This document shows positions 37,480 through 51,470 of a stretch of 64,000 nucleotides of DNA, in pieces. Position numbers and translations under genes: made by a program. The stretch spans positions 5,146,001-5,210,000 of the forward strand of contig NW_027252668.1 in NCBI RefSeq assembly GCF_044704955.1, read 5' to 3'. The notes beneath the pieces are model-generated. The model was not told the origin of the DNA, did not search any database, and worked only from the letters and a program-made list of their open reading frames with translations. Source of the DNA: Pristiophorus japonicus. Its lineage: Eukaryota. Each line of letters opens with the position of its first letter. Position 1 is the first letter of the stretch.

Positions 37480-38312
37480 CAATCATACTCCCTTACCAGA
37501 CACTGACATGCACACAGATAGATACATACTCCCATACCAGAGACTGACAGGCACAGAGATAGATACATACACCCAGACCAGATACTGACAGGCACACAGA
37601 TAGATACATACTCCAATACCAGAGACTGACAACACAGAGATAGATACATACTCCCATACCAGACACTGACACGCACACAGATAGATGCATACTCCCACAT
37701 CAGAGACTGACAGGCACAGAGATAGATACACAATCCAATACCAGAGACTCACTTGCACAGAATTAGATACATACTCTCATACCAGGTACTGAAAGCACAC
37801 AGATAGCTACATACTCCCAGACCAGACACGGACAGCACTGATCGATACATACTCCTGTACCAGAGACTGACAGGGACAGAAATAGATACATACTCCCATA
37901 CAGAAACTGATAGGCACACATATAGATATATACTTCCATACTAGAGAATGATAGGCACAGAGATATATACATACTCCCATCCAGAAACTAATGGCACAGA
38001 TCGTACATACTCCCATGCCAGAAACTGACAGGCACAGAGATAGATACCTACTCCTATACCAGAGACTGACGAACACAGATTTGGATACATACTCCCATAC
38101 CAACGACCGACAGGCACAGAGATAGATACAAACTCCCATACCAGAGACTGACAGCACACAGATAGATACATACTCCCATACCGGACAGGGACAGAGATAG
38201 ATACATACTCCTATACCTGAGACTGACAGACACACAGATAGATACATACTCCCATACAAGACACTGACAGGCACACAGATAGATACATACTCCCATACCA
38301 GAGACTGACAGA
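37480..38312. repeat. 41-bp satellite array
   Basis: About 20 units of the CTCCCATACCAGAGACTGACAGGCACAGAGATAGATACATA consensus. Confidence 0.93.
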
Positions 38313-38631
38313 TTGAAAGGAAAACCATCTCTGAATTAGGTACAAACTGGCAGTTATAGATAAGACCCAGACTAATAAATCAGAAGATGACAAGTACAGA
38401 ATAAAATCCAGACTCCCATAACAGACACTGCCAGATATAGAGTAAACCCCACACGCACATACCGGAGACAGATAGATACAGAGCGAAACTCACGCTCACG
38501 TACCAGAGACTGAGAGAAACAGACTAGAACCCACAATCGCAAAGCTGAAAATGATAGATACAGAGTACTCGCCTCTACTCTGTATCAACAATTGACAGGT
38601 AGAAAGGAAAATTAATACTGGTATATCATAA

Positions 38632-38832
38632 AGAAAATGCTGTAAATCTCAGCGGGTCAGGCAGCATCAGTGGAGAGAGGAACAGAGTTAATGTTTCAGG
38701 TGGATGAGCCTTTGTCATCGAACTGAAACGTTAACTCTCTCTCTCTCTCCACAGATGCTGCCTGACCCGCTGAAATTTCCAGCATTTTCGGGTTTTATTT
38801 CTGATTTCAGCATCCACAGTATTTTGCTTTTA
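38632..38832. mobile_element. Penelope-like inverted-repeat remnant (second copy)
   Basis: Paralog of 33224-33422. Confidence 0.65.
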
Positions 38833-39129
38833 TACTCGACTATCATAATAAACATAACATAAAAAATAGGAGCAGGAATAAAACACAGCGTCATATCAAA
38901 CACTGACAGATAGAGTAAAAGTCATCATCACATACCAGAGGTGGGCTGATACAGAATAAAGTCCATAACCACAAACCCGGTTCCAATACAGAACATAGAA
39001 ACCCCCCACAATAATCAGAGAATGTGTGTAAAGATTAAAATCCACATTCACAAACGAGAAATTCACAGGTATTGTTTAAAACACTCACTTATATATCCCA
39101 AACAGAACGTGGATTAAAATTTGACTGGA

Positions 39130-39202
39130 TCCTACGGCCGTGAATTGAACCCAGATCAACTAGCTTGGAAGGCAGCTGTGCTCACCACTCTACCACCATC
39201 AC
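39130..39202 (-). tRNA. tRNA-Gly(TCC) pseudogene
   Basis: Paralog of 33735-33807 with further acceptor-stem changes. Confidence 0.78.
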
Positions 39203-39247
39203 ACGCATCAAGCGGGAAAGCATCGCTTTCTGTTTTTACACGTGCCG

Positions 39248-40130
39248 GTCAATCCCACACTGACACACTGTACCAGACAGTGACAGATAGTGTCTTTACT
39301 ATACTCCCAGTCAATCCCACACTGACACACTGTACCAGACAGTGACAGATAGTGTCTTTACTATACTCTCAGTCACTGACACACTGTACCAGAGAGTGAC
39401 AGATACAGTGTCTTTACTATACTCCCAGTCAATCCCACACTGACACACTGTACCAGAGAGTGACAGATACAGTGTCTTTACTATACTCCCAGTCAATCCC
39501 ACACTGACACACTGTACCAGAGAGTGACAGATAGTGTCTTTACTATACACCCAGTCAATCCCACACTGACACACTGTACTAGACAGTGACAGATACAGTG
39601 TCTTTACTATACTCCCAGTCAATCCCACACTGACACACTGTACCAGACAGTGACAGATACAGTGTCTTTACTATACTCCCAGTCAATCCCACACTGACAC
39701 ACTGTACCAGACAGTGACAGATAGTGTCTTTACTATACTCCCAGCCAATCCCACACTGACACACTGTGCAGAGAGTGACAGATAGTGTCTTTACTATACA
39801 CCCAGTCAATCCCACACTGACACACTGTACTAGACAGTGACCGATAGTGTCTTTACTATACTCCCAGCCAATCCCACACTGACACACAGTTCAGAGAGTG
39901 ACAGATAGTGTCTTTACTATACACCCAGTCAATCCCACACTGACACACTGTACCAGACAGTGAACAGATCGTGTCTTTACTATACTCCCAGTCAATCCCA
40001 CACTGACACACTGTACCAGACAGTGACAGATACAGTGTCTTTACTATAGTCCCAGTCAATCTCACACTGACACACTGTACCAGACAGTGACAGATACAGT
40101 ATCTATCCTACACTGACCAGTGAATCCCAC
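39248..40130. repeat. 62/64-bp satellite, about 14 copies
   Basis: Same unit as at 33850. Confidence 0.96.
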
Positions 40131-40500
40131 GTTAGCACACAGAACCTGAGTGACAGAGGCAGTGTCTGTCCCACACTTGATGATTAACCCCAGCACAGTG
40201 GACGGCTCTGCAAAGGCACGTTTGGTTGAAATGGATTGCCCAGTAATGTCTATCCCACACCAGTGATTAACCCCACTGTTCACACTAGAATCGGATGAGC
40301 GCCTCCACCTGCTTTTAATGGTTGTTTGGAGTTTTCAGCCGGACCAATAAAATACTTTGCAATAGTTTAAGCTGAACATAAACCTGGTTCTGAGCAATCT
40401 CTGGAATTTAAAATGGGTTCTGCTGAATGATTGTCACTTGTTGCAGCCAGGAGACGGCAGCAACCTCTAACAGTTTCGAGTGTGCAGGTTGTGTCCACAC

Positions 40501-40563
40501 ATCGAGACGGGCATTAGTCTGGTACTACCCGGGGAGCTAGCCAAGCACACCAGCTCGAAGTAA
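40501..40563 (+). pseudogene. H2B 3' fragment
   Basis: CCCGGGGAGCTAGCCAAGCACACCAGCTCGAAGTAA. Confidence 0.65.
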
Positions 40564-41238
40564 ATCTCCACAAATTACTGACAAAAAAAACAGAAAACAT
40601 CACGATTCACAAACAAGAAACTGACAGATGCAGGTTAAAATCTCAACTCCAGTGATTCACAACCCTCTGAGTGAACAAATTTCTCCCAATCTCAGTTCGA
40701 TATCATTGTACCAATGCTACCTTACTCCAACCCATTTGCATTAAGGGCTAACATACCATTTATCTTCAGAATTGTTTGCTGTAACTGCATGTTAACTTTC
40801 TGTGATTCATGTACAAGGACACTCAGATTCCACTCAATAACATTTACTCGTCTTTCTCTTTGTAAAAAAGATTAGTTACATTCATATAAAATAAAATCCA
40901 CATACACACCTCAGAGTCTGAACAATACACAATAAAACCCACACTCACATAACAGAAACTTACAGGTAGAGAGTAGAACACACATTTGCATAACAGAAAC
41001 TGACAGGTACAGAATAAAAACCACACACACATCCCAGGGACAGTGAGATACTGTGAAAATCACACTCACATACTCGAAGCTGACAGATGTATAATGAAAC
41101 CCAAATTTGCCTTGCAGAAACTGAAGAAAAAACAACACTGACATACCAGAGACTGACAGCTGTAAGAAATAGGAGAAAGCCATAAGGCACCTCGAGCCTG
41201 CTCCACAATTCAATAGGACCATGGCTGAACAGCCAAAA

Positions 41239-41365
41239 ATCCACGCGGTGCTCCTGACAACGAAATCCAATGCTGGCCCCAGCAAGAGCAAGTAAAGTGG
41301 ACAAGATTTAATCTAATACCACGTCGGTTCTTTTCAGAGCCACGCACTCTATCTGTGAAAGGGCT
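41239..41365 (+). pseudogene. Histone H2A 3'-end fragment
   Basis: Paralog of 80-205; stem-loop GGTTCTTTTCAGAGCC 41326-41341. Confidence 0.78.
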
Positions 41366-41406
41366 GGTTACTTTCTGAAGAAACTGGTCTATTGATCACA
41401 ATCTTA

Positions 41407-41870
41407 TCAGCTGTGCTTCAGTTGGTAGCACCCTCGCTTCTGAGTCAGAAGGTTGTGGGTTCAAGTCCCACTCCAGGGACTTGAGCACAAAAATCTAGGC
41501 TGACATGCCAGTGCAGTGATGAGGGAGTGCTGCACTGTCGGAGGTGCCATCTGTAGGAAGAGACGTTAAACCGAGGCCCGTCACTCTCTCAGGTGGTTGT
41601 AATATATACCACGGCCACTATTTTGAAGAAGAGCAGGTCAGTTATCCCCGGTGTCCTGGCCAATACTTATCCCTCGATCAATAAAACACAACAGATTATC
41701 CGGTCATTACCACATTGCTGTTTATGGGAGCTTGCTGTGCGTGAAATCTCTGCCGCCGTTCCTACATTACTACAGTGTCTGCACTTCAAAAAGCACTTCA
41801 TTGGCTGCGAAGCACGTTCAGAAGTCCGATGGTCGTGAAAGGCGCTATATAAATCCAGGTCACTATTTCT
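41407..41870 (+). mobile_element. tRNA-derived SINE, DeuSINE/SacSINE1-like (near full length)
   Basis: tRNA-like head, Deu-domain-like core, tail CACTTCATTGGCTG...GTGAAAGGCGCTATATAAAT. Confidence 0.75.
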
Positions 41871-42352
41871 CTACTTGATATTAAATCCCGACGGTTGATA
41901 AACTGGGAGTTTCCTGACCAGAAGTCACCCTCAGTCAATCTCGGTTATAAACCGGTCAATGTCTGTTGAACATGTAAAAATCCAGATCGACAAACAGAGC
42001 AGCGAGTTTGCTGTTCAGATTATTGAATATATACTAAAAGATTTATGAACCTTGCTCATAAGATTTTTGCCTGAAAGCAGAACAGAAACACAAAGAACAG
42101 AGTATAAATCAGGAGGTGTTGCAACACATGACCTCATTCAAGAATTTGAGATTGTGACGAGCAACAAATTTGATTGGTCTCTTTAAACATCCAATCAGAG
42201 AGATACAGAACAATGGTTTTGACAAGCCAATCACAACCATTGCCTTCGCCCATCCCTCATTAGCATAGGGCTGTGGGCGGAGTGTGGGGCTGCCGATATA
42301 ATGCGGGCTCGGAGCAAAGTTTCCCCAAATCTGCGCCCGACTGAACGAGACG

Positions 42353-42730
42353 ATGGCTGACGAAAAGAAAACAGGTCCCGCCAAGAAAGGCGCCAAGAAA
42401 GTAATCAAGAAAATCCCAGCGAAGAGCGGCAAGAGGCGCAGAAAGTCGAGGAAGGAGAGTTACGCCATCTACATCTACAAAGTGATGAAGCAGGTTCACC
42501 CCGACACCGGCATCTCCTCCAAGGCCATGGGCATCATGAACTCGTTTGTGAGCGATATTTTCGAGCGCATCGCGGGTGAGGCTTCCCGCCTGGCCCATTA
42601 CAACAAGCGCCGCACCATCAGTTCCCGGGAGATCCAGACCGCCGTGCGCCTGCTGCTGCCCGGGGAGCTGGCCAAGCACGCCGTGTCCGAAGGGACAAAG
42701 GCGGTGACCAAGTACACCAGCTCCAAGTGA
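42353..42730 (+). CDS. H2B: Histone H2B, replication-dependent
   Basis: Intact 125-aa ORF, one residue different from 1123-1500 (T21I); stem-loop 42771-42786. Confidence 0.98.
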   Translation: MADEKKTGPAKKGAKKVIKKIPAKSGKRRRKSRKESYAIYIYKVMKQVHPDTGISSKAMGIMNSFVSDIFERIAGEASRLAHYNKRRTISSREIQTAVRLLLPGELAKHAVSEGTKAVTKYTSSK

Positions 42731-43752
42731 GACTGCCCGCTGTCCTGACAGATCAAACCCCAAACACAACGGCTCTTTTAAGAGCCACCCACAACCTCTC
42801 TGAAAGAGCTGCACTCTGTTTCCTGTAATTATTTCCTGAACAAGTATATTTGAGAACTTTTACACTTCCAGTTGTAGATTTAGTTTTGAATTCTCAGATA
42901 TCAGTTTCACTGTCCGGTTCCACCTTAGCGTCGCTGGAATTTTCCGCCAACTACAAACACGGTCCCTGGTCGCTGTTTCCCTTTGCTCTCAGACACGCTC
43001 ATTTTCACCGCCTACCGAATTAAGAGCTTGTTTAGGGACTGAGACTCAGATTTCAGTCACACATTCTCTCTCGCAAGCCCTTTTCAAGTTTATTTTTCAA
43101 TTCCTGTTGCGGGTCAGTCCGTTTATTCAGTCGACACTCCCCGCAGTGTAACAACCCAGAATGGGAGTTCTTACAGAGACCAGACCCAGAAGCGGGGCAG
43201 TTTGAACACTCTGTCTCTCTTCTCTTTTCACAGAAGGACTCCCAGTTCTGGGCTCACTCCCGCCTTTGCAGGGGATCGATCGATAATCTGTGAAACCCAA
43301 TTTTTGCAAAGATTGAGTTGGAATGTGTCCCGTTACAGAATCGGTGGGGATTGATTCCCGCCCATTAGACAGTTTGAAATAGTACCCGAATTTAATCCTG
43401 ATTGTAACAGCTTGGAACTTGCAAGGAGAATATGTAAAATACAAAATTAATTAAAACGTGTTGGGAAATCTTTGACTAATGGTGAATTTATATTAACATA
43501 AGCCGCTATTTTAAAATTTCTTGGCGGGGTTTTTGAATTAAAAATCGATATTCTGACTGTTGGAGACAGTAATTTCCGCCCTACTTTCATTGGTGGGCGA
43601 ACCAGACTGTGATTGGTCACCTGAAAAGACCAATGAAATTCACCACCGAGCGACCAATCACAAATTCGCTCCCTGCATTCCTCCAGAAGGTACAAGAAAG
43701 GCAGATGTGGGAGGAGTTTCTCATTCTTTCTCTGAACGTGTGGATTGTAGGA

Positions 43753-44183
43753 ATGTCTGGGAGAGGAAAAACAGGCGGTAAAGTTCGGGCCAAGGCCAAG
43801 TCTCGCTCCTCGCGGGCCGGACTGCAGTTCCCTGTGGGCCGTGTTCACAGGCATCTGCGAAAGGGGAACTACGCTGAGCGTGTGGGTGCCGGAGCCCCGG
43901 TCTACATGGCTGCTGTGCTCGAGTATCTGACCGCTGAAATCTTGGAGCTGGCCGGCAACGCGGCCCGCGACAACAAGAAGACCCGCATCATCCCCAGGCA
44001 CCTGCAGCTGGCCATCCGCAACGACGAGGAGCTCAACAAGCTGCTGGGAAAGGTGACCATCGCTCAGGGCGGGGTGCTGCCTAATATCCAGGCTGCTGCT
44101 GCCCAAGAAAACCGCCAGTGCGCCCAAGGGCAAGTAAAGCGGACAGGATTTAATCTAATAACCCAAAGGCTCTTTTCAGAGCC
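43753..44183 (+). CDS. H2A: Histone H2A with C-terminal 2-bp frameshift (pseudogene or sequence error)
   Basis: [33 protein letters not shown]...PNIQA; GGCTGTGCTGCTG becomes GGCTGCTGCTG near 44094, skipping the stop at 44135-44137; stem-loop 44168-44183. Confidence 0.88.
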
Positions 44184-44540
44184 ACCCACAGTATCTGTGA
44201 AAGGGCTGCTTTCTGTTCTGTGGATAACAATAGTCCCAGATTTAATTTAACATACTTCACTATAATTAAGCTTGAAGTTTGATCAGAAATGAGCCTCAGA
44301 TGTTTTTAGTTATAAGGTTAAGCATCTGGAAGTGTGGATTTTCAAACAGTGCGGCAGAAGTCCGATGGCCGTGTAAGGCACTCGAAACATCAAAGTGTTT
44401 CTTTGCATTAATTAAATAGCTGAAATAACTTCCCAACCAAACTGTCCACACTCCCATCCCCAGGTCACTGCTCTCTGTGAGGCGGTGGGTGGCTCTTAAA
44501 AGAGCCTTTGTGTTGTGCTGGGTGGAAAGTGTGGAGTTGT

Positions 44541-44861
<321 letters not shown>

Positions 44862-45369
44862 TCACTCAAACTGTCGCTGAATGAGGAACTAACTACTCCT
44901 GGCTCCTTTTTTATAGAGCCGGCCCCGACCTGACTGAGAAAGCGCAGAGTGAGAGAGGCGAGAAGGGCAGGAGACAGAGTGATAGATTAAACAGAGAGCG
45001 CGGCAGGTGAGGAGACAGATTCAAGATTGAGAGACAGAGCAGAGCGCCGCCTCTGATCTTCCAGCTCCACCTCCAGCTTTCTGCAACCGTCAATTTCAAA
45101 TTGTTTTCTCCACAATACAACCGAAACACAGCGCTCCGCACAAACCCTTACAGACTCGGAATTCATATTCAAGGCTTCCAGGAACCAGAAGCTGTTAAAT
45201 AAGGTCCCGGTACAATTAACAATCAGGAATATTCCCGCCTATATAGTCCGTTCCCTGTCAATCTCAGACCTTATTCCATCTCCTCTCACAGACAGGTTCA
45301 GCACTTTACAAACACCTTATTCCAGCTGATTTGGAGAATCTGGTGTTTGGGGTTTGAGTTGTGAGGCGG

Positions 45370-46534
45370 TGTACCTGCTCGATGGCGGAGGAGCGGGCTG
45401 GATGGCGACAGAAACACTGGCGCGGCGCCTAAATTCGGCCGACGTCCGCCGCGCGGCCGATGCCATCGAGTCGCTAAAAACAGCACTGGGCCCTGACTCC
45501 GTTAGGTGTGTTGAGGAGGCTCAAGCACGTGGGGAGATCCCGTCCGAACTGACCCCTGTCCGGACGGAATTCCTCATCGGCACCAAACATCGGAACCTCC
45601 CTCGGGAGCCGGCGCCTCACAACTTGAGCCGCCTCGGGGAAATCCCCTCCATGCCTTTCAGCTCTGCGCGGAGGGGTTTCCTGTACAGTCTGCTCCTGCA
45701 CACTCTCAACTTTGCCATCCTCGTCTGCCGTCCGGACATACCATGGCGTACCATCTTGCCGTCCGGAGGAGGCGGGGGTCCCTGATGGAGTGCACTCTAC
45801 GCAGGAGTCCTCCCATTATTTATCGGGGACTTGGCCTGGAGGGTGGTGCACGGAGCAGTCCCGTGCAATAAATTTTTAAGTCGGTTCACGGGCTCCCAGG
45901 CCGCCTGCAATTTCTGCGGTCTGGAAGAGTCCGTGTTCCATGTTTTTATTGAATGCACGAGGTTGCAGCCCCTGTTCCAATATTTAAAGGGGCTGCTCCT
46001 GAAATTCTGGCTGCACTTCAGTCCCACACTCCTGATCTTTGGGCACCCTGTGCGGAGGGGAGCGGGTAGGTCCGAGGGCCTCCTCGTAGAACTGCTCCTG
46101 GGCACGGCCAAGGGGGCCATCAGCCGGTCCAGGCAGCGGGCGGTCGAGGGGTTCGTTCAGCCTGACTGCCTGCCTCTCTTCCGCGTGTACATCCGCGCCA
46201 GGGTATCCTTGGAGATGGAGCATGCGGTATCCACCGGTACGCTCGCGGCCTTCCGCGAGAGTTGGGCGCCGGAGGGACTGGAGTGCATCAAAACCCCCGG
46301 CAACCAAATTTTAATTTGATTTTATGTTTTAAAGTTTAATTTGTTTTAATTGCCGGTGTTTTTAGTGTCCCCCTCCCCTTTTATAGGGGGCACTTGGAAA
46401 AAAACATTTGATTTTAGTGCCCCCAAAAAAATACAAAATAAACAAAAAAAAACACCAAAAAAAGGGCCTTGAAAATGTTTGGTGTGTCCCCCAGATTGGG
46501 GGGCACGATTTAATGTTTAGTTTTTCTCCCAAAA
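45370..46534 (+). mobile_element. 5'-truncated Tx1-type (L1 clade) non-LTR retrotransposon with 14-bp TSD
   Basis: ORF2 C-terminus WRVVHGAVPCN...CNFCGLEESVFHVFIEC (CCHC knuckle); TSD GAGTTGTGAGGCGG at 45356-45369 and 46535-46548; empty site at about 9898-9911. Confidence 0.9.
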
Positions 46535-46992
46535 GAGTTGTGAGGCGGGGTCTCGCCGCCAGTCCCACTGTCTCACAGAGACTCTTCCCCCTGAATCTTT
46601 GAAATGACAATGACCAGGAACTGAGACTGGAGCCGGACTCAAACCCCAGTTACAGTGAGGCCCGGGCCGGACATCCCATTCTCTGTGTTTTATTGTAGGC
46701 ACTGGGGGAGGGGCGGGTGCAGACACTCGGGGGGGGGGGGGGGGGTGGGTGCAGCCACTGGGGGATGGGTGGGTGCAGACAGTGGGGGAGGGGAGGGTGC
46801 AGACACTAGGGGAGGGGGTGGGTGCAGACAATTCCAACGAGTCACTAGGGATCCCGGGGTCATTTTCAATGATTTCTATCTGGAATCTGAGCCCGGAACA
46901 GGGATTATTTGATTCTGGGATCAGCTCTTTTCTGAGAGGCGTGGGTGGCTCTGAGAAGAGCCTTTGGGTTTAAATGTTTAGAAGTTGCCTTT

Positions 46993-47670
46993 TTATTTTT
47001 TTTGGAGCGCTGCTTTCTTGGCCTTTGCTGATTTGGGCGTGGCCTTGACCCTCGGGTTTTCCACCTTTTTGGCCGCCTTCACTTTCTTGGGGCTCTTGGG
47101 CTTCTTCGCCGCCGCCTTCTTCCCAGCCGGCCCTTTCGCTGTCTTTTTTGCCGTTCGCGCCTTCTTGGTGCTCGTTTTCTTGGCTGCTGCTTTCTTTGCT
47201 GGAGATTTCTTGGCTGTTGCTTTCTTTACTGGAGATTTCTTGGCTGTTGCTTTCTTTACTGGAGATTTCTTGGCTGTTGCTTTCTTTGCTGGAGATTTCT
47301 TGGCTGCTGGCTTCTTCACCTTCTTTCCCACTTTCCCCTGGGGATCTGTAATAGCGATTTTGAATGAGCCCGAGGCGCCCGTGCCCTTGATCTGCTTCAG
47401 GGAGCCATTCATCACATTCTTCTTGATACTGGACCTGATCTGGAAGCCGCGCTTCTCCACATCGACGCCTTTGGCCGCCAGAGCCTTCTTTATCGCGGCC
47501 AGGGACGTTCCCCTGCGATCCTTGCCATCGGCCACAACCTTGAGGATCTGGTTGCCCAACTTGGGACCGGCTGGCCCGGAGCGGGAAGCCGCCGCCTTCT
47601 TCTTGCTGGGAGCCTTGGTTTGAGCGACGGCGGCAGGAGGAGCCGTTTCGGCGGCTGCAGTATCAGTCAT
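46993..47670 (-). CDS. H1: Histone H1 (intact, 225 aa)
   Basis: Globular domain plus K/A tail with four KKSPxKK units; stem-loop GGCTCTTCTCAGAGCC 46947-46962; H1 box near 47813-47819. Confidence 0.95.
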   Translation of the reverse strand: MTDTAAAETAPPAAVAQTKAPSKKKAAASRSGPAGPKLGNQILKVVADGKDRRGTSLAAIKKALAAKGVDVEKRGFQIRSSIKKNVMNGSLKQIKGTGASGSFKIAITDPQGKVGKKVKKPAAKKSPAKKATAKKSPVKKATAKKSPVKKATAKKSPAKKAAAKKTSTKKARTAKKTAKGPAGKKAAAKKPKSPKKVKAAKKVENPRVKATPKSAKAKKAALQKK

Positions 47671-49231
47671 GTCGGCGACTCTGGAAAATCTCTCTGACAG
47701 TCAGAGCTGGGTCAGAAATGAAACGAGAGGCGGCGACACAGAGCAACTTAAAGGCAGCGAGCGGACGGGGAGGAGACATCCTGCTGTCAGCTCCCGGCCC
47801 CTCCAGCCTCTCTGTGTTTCTCTCTCCTCACTAACTCTCCGATTCCAATTCAACTCGGGCCCTCCACATTCCCAGACTAGCCTCTTTCTGTCCCGAAGAC
47901 CGGGATGTTTGCTGCCGAGAAAGTTCCATCCGAATTGAAGGCAGCAATTTCGATTTAAACCCGTTTCATTGCTGCACTGGTCGCGCTCTCTCAGCCGATC
48001 GCGGATATTTTCTCTGTTTTTTGACTGAAATTTGAAATCAAATCAAACTTTCTGATTCATTCCCACTTCAGGCCTGAGCAGGGCAGCAGGGCGATCCTGT
48101 GACAGGGAAATCTTTGAATTTTAAACAAGAGGGACTCTGAAATCCGGCGATGAGAGCGGACACACAAACACAGTGACATTAGTCTAACCCGCCCGCCCCT
48201 TTAACACACTCTCGCTCACACAATGTTGAAATCTGCACATTCACAGCACAAACTGTTCCCAGATTTACAGTTCCCAGCACAGGCTTTCCTCTCCGCTCGG
48301 CTGTGCTGCCGATTCTCGGGTCAGTTGTCGTTTCCCAGCTCAGTAAGTGTTAAACACTCAGAGGCCGGCGCTCCTCACAGTGTCTGTTCCCAGATTCAGG
48401 GGCAGGAGCCAATCACAGCTGTGGCTGGCTTAACCCATATCTGCTTTTAAGTTGTTATATTGTTCGAATGCAGAAATATGTTTGACTAACATGAAAACAC
48501 AAATTATGTGCTCACCGCCCCTGCAACCTCTCTTTGTCTCTCTCTTCTCAGAAAATGAGCGACATATAACAGTAACTGGTGTCCTGTCAATCCCATACTC
48601 AACACCCAGAGATGGCGAGCAGAGAGAGCGACAGAGAGACAGACACAGTATCAGTCTTGAAACTCCCGAACTGTGTCTCCATATTACTCTCAATAATGTT
48701 ATCACACATTAATGTACAGCACCAGCGGAAAAGACACAGAGACAGACACAGTATCAGTTTTCCACTTTGTATCAGTCTCCATAATACGCTCAGTAACAGT
48801 GCCACACCTTCACGTATTGCACCAGAGAGAAACAGAGACATTATCAGTCTTGCACTTCCAACAGTGTTTCCACATCACGCTAAATAACAGTCTCCCGCCT
48901 TCACGAAGAGTACAAGAGAGAGGGATAGCAACAGAGAGGCAGAGAGAGGGGAGAGGGCTGAGCGAGAGACAGGAGAGTGCGATGTAAGGCGGTGAGACAC
49001 AGAAAGACATGCACAGTATCAGTTCCAGACTGACCGGTGAAGTCCCGTTTTATTCTGAAAGATCCCTTTGAAGAGACAGAAGATGCAGTCTCCTCTCTCA
49101 CTGATATTGTACCAGAGACAGATGCATTATTAATCCCACACTGCGGGACAGTGTCAGAGAGTGAGAGAAATAATGTCACACATTTATCACTCGCTTGCCT
49201 GTTGTACTCTCTGCAATCTTGCAGCTTAGGG

Positions 49232-50965
49232 CCATAAGAACATAACAAATCGGAACAGGAGTTGGTCATTTGGCTCCTCGAGCCTGCTCTGCCATTCAAT
49301 AAGATCATTGCTGATCTGATCATGGACTCAGCTCCACTTCCCTGCCCCCTCTCCATAACCATTTACTCCCTTATCGCTCAAAAATCTGTCTATCGCCACC
49401 TTAAATATATTCAATGGCACAGCCTTCACAGTTGTCTGGGGCAGATAATTGCATAGATTTCCAACCCTCAGAGAAGAAATGCCTCCTCACCCCAATTTTA
49501 AATGGGCAGCCCCTTATTCTAAGACTATGTAACCTAGTTTTAGTTGCCCCATGTGGAAATATCCTCTCTGCATCCACCTTGTCAAGCCCCTCATTATCTT
49601 ATAAGTTTCAATAAGATCACCTCTCATTCTTCTGATCACCAATGTGTACTGACCCAACCTACTCAAACCTATCCTCATAAGTCAACCCCCTCATCTCCGG
49701 AATCAACCGAGTGAATCTTCTCTGAACAGCCTCCAATGTAAGTATATCCTTCCTTAAATACGGAGACCAAAACTGTACACAGTACTCCAGGTGTGGCCTT
49801 ACCAATACCTTGTCCAGTTGGAGCAGGATTTCTCTGCTTTTAGACTCTATCCCCATTGCAATAAAGGCCAACATTCCATTTGACTTCCTGATTACTCGCA
49901 GTACCTGCATACTAACCTTTTGTGTTTTATGTACAAGGACCCCCAGGGCTCTCTGTACTGCTGCACGATGCAATTTTTCTCCATTTAAATTATAATTTTC
50001 TTTTCTATTATTTCTGCCAAAATGGATAACCTCTCATTTTCCCACATTATATTACATCTGGAAGTGGACCTGAGTCTATGATCGGATCAGCCATGATTGT
50101 ATTAAATGTCGGAGCAGGCTCGAGGGGCCATATGGCCTACTCCTGCTACTATTTCTTATGTTCTTATCTGCCAAATGTTTGCACACTCACTTAGCCTGTC
50201 GAGATCCCTTTGCATATCTATTTGCTTTCCCACCCATCTTTGTATCATCAGCAAACTTGGCTAAATTAAACTCAAGTCATTGATATAGATTATAAATAGT
50301 TGAGGACCCAGCACCGATCCCTGTGGCACCCAACTCATTACTGTTTGCCAACCGGAAAATGACCCATTTATCCTGATTCTCTGTTTTCTGTTAGTTACCC
50401 AATTCTCTATCCATACTGATATATTGCTCCCAATCCCATGAGATTTTATCTTGTGCAGTAACCTCTTATGTGGCACCTTATCGAATGCCTGCTGGATATC
50501 CAAATACACCACATCCACAGGCTGCCCCTTATCTACCGTGCTTGTTACATCCTCAAAGACCTCCAGCAGATTTATCAAACATGATTTCCCTTTCATAAAA
50601 CCATGCTGACTCTGTTTGATTCAATCATGCTTTTCCAAATGTCCTGCTACTGCTTCCTTAATAATGGACTCCAGCATTTTCACAACAACAGATGTTCGGC
50701 TAACTGGTCTATAGTTTCCTGCTTTTTGTTTGCCTCCTTTTTTAAACATTTGCAATTTTCCAATCTGCTAGGACCTCCCCAGAATCCAGGGAATTTTGGT
50801 AGATTACAAACAATGCATCCACTATCTCTACAGCCACATTTCTTAAGACCACAGGATGTAAGCCATCAGGTCCAGGGGACTTGTCCGCCTTTAGTCCCAT
50901 TATTTTACCGAGTACTACTTCATTAGTGACAGTGATTGTAATAAGTTCCTCCCTACCCATAACCT
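49232..50965 (-). mobile_element. CR1-type LINE (paralog of 12490-14240)
   Basis: [32 protein letters not shown]; same nested tail near 50060-50165. Confidence 0.92.
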
Positions 50966-51299
50966 GTTGATTGTGTACTTCGATATTACTCACAGTGAGA
51001 GTGTTTAAACTAATCTCGGACTGTTTCTATCAGATATTAACTCATGCACGGTCCCAGCAAACACTCCCACTCCCTCGTCCCTCCGATGTTTCTGCAGGAT
51101 TGCTTTGTGAAGACGGGCTCATGGAGAGAGAAACACCCTGCACGGAATGATCCCAAATTGAGCATCTTCAAGGGACAAGGCTCCCAGCTTTAATCATTCT
51201 CTGTCCTTTCCCCCCAGGCCCAGTTCCTTTGTTCAGATTCTGATAAAAGTAAATTGGGAAAGGTGCACTTTGATTTTTACAGGCTGAATTATTGCAGAG

Positions 51300-51470
51300 A
51301 GCTGCGCATGCGCGGCTCAGCCCCGCCCCCTGTGTCGATTCCCAGTGAGCAGAAGAGCGCATGCGCCCTCCCTTCCCCCAGTCCTGCCTGTGATCGCCAT
51401 TCACTCAGTGAGCAGAAGAAGATGGTTTCAAACAGCCGGGAATGGAGAGCCCGCGGCCCCGGGGTAAGGC
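51300..51470 (+). promoter_or_regulatory. CpG-rich promoter/first-exon-like segment (paralog of 14560-14735)
   Basis: Both NRF1 motifs, the GC box, AAGATGG and GG|GTAAGG are retained. Confidence 0.5.

Noticed and set aside
33850-40130. Regular arrays resembling CRISPR
   Set aside because: Units are head-to-tail repeats with no unique spacers, there are no cas genes, and the context is vertebrate; these are satellites
23322-40283. Many ORFs with repeats such as WYGSMYLS, VWEYVSI and CQCGIDWEYSKDT
   Set aside because: Overlapping frames of the 41-bp and 62-bp satellites; no frame conservation
43609-43752. N-terminal extension of H2A in the ORF track (and of H3 at 8253-8285)
   Set aside because: They start at non-ATG codons within promoter or 5' UTR sequence; the canonical ATGs are at 43753 and 8252
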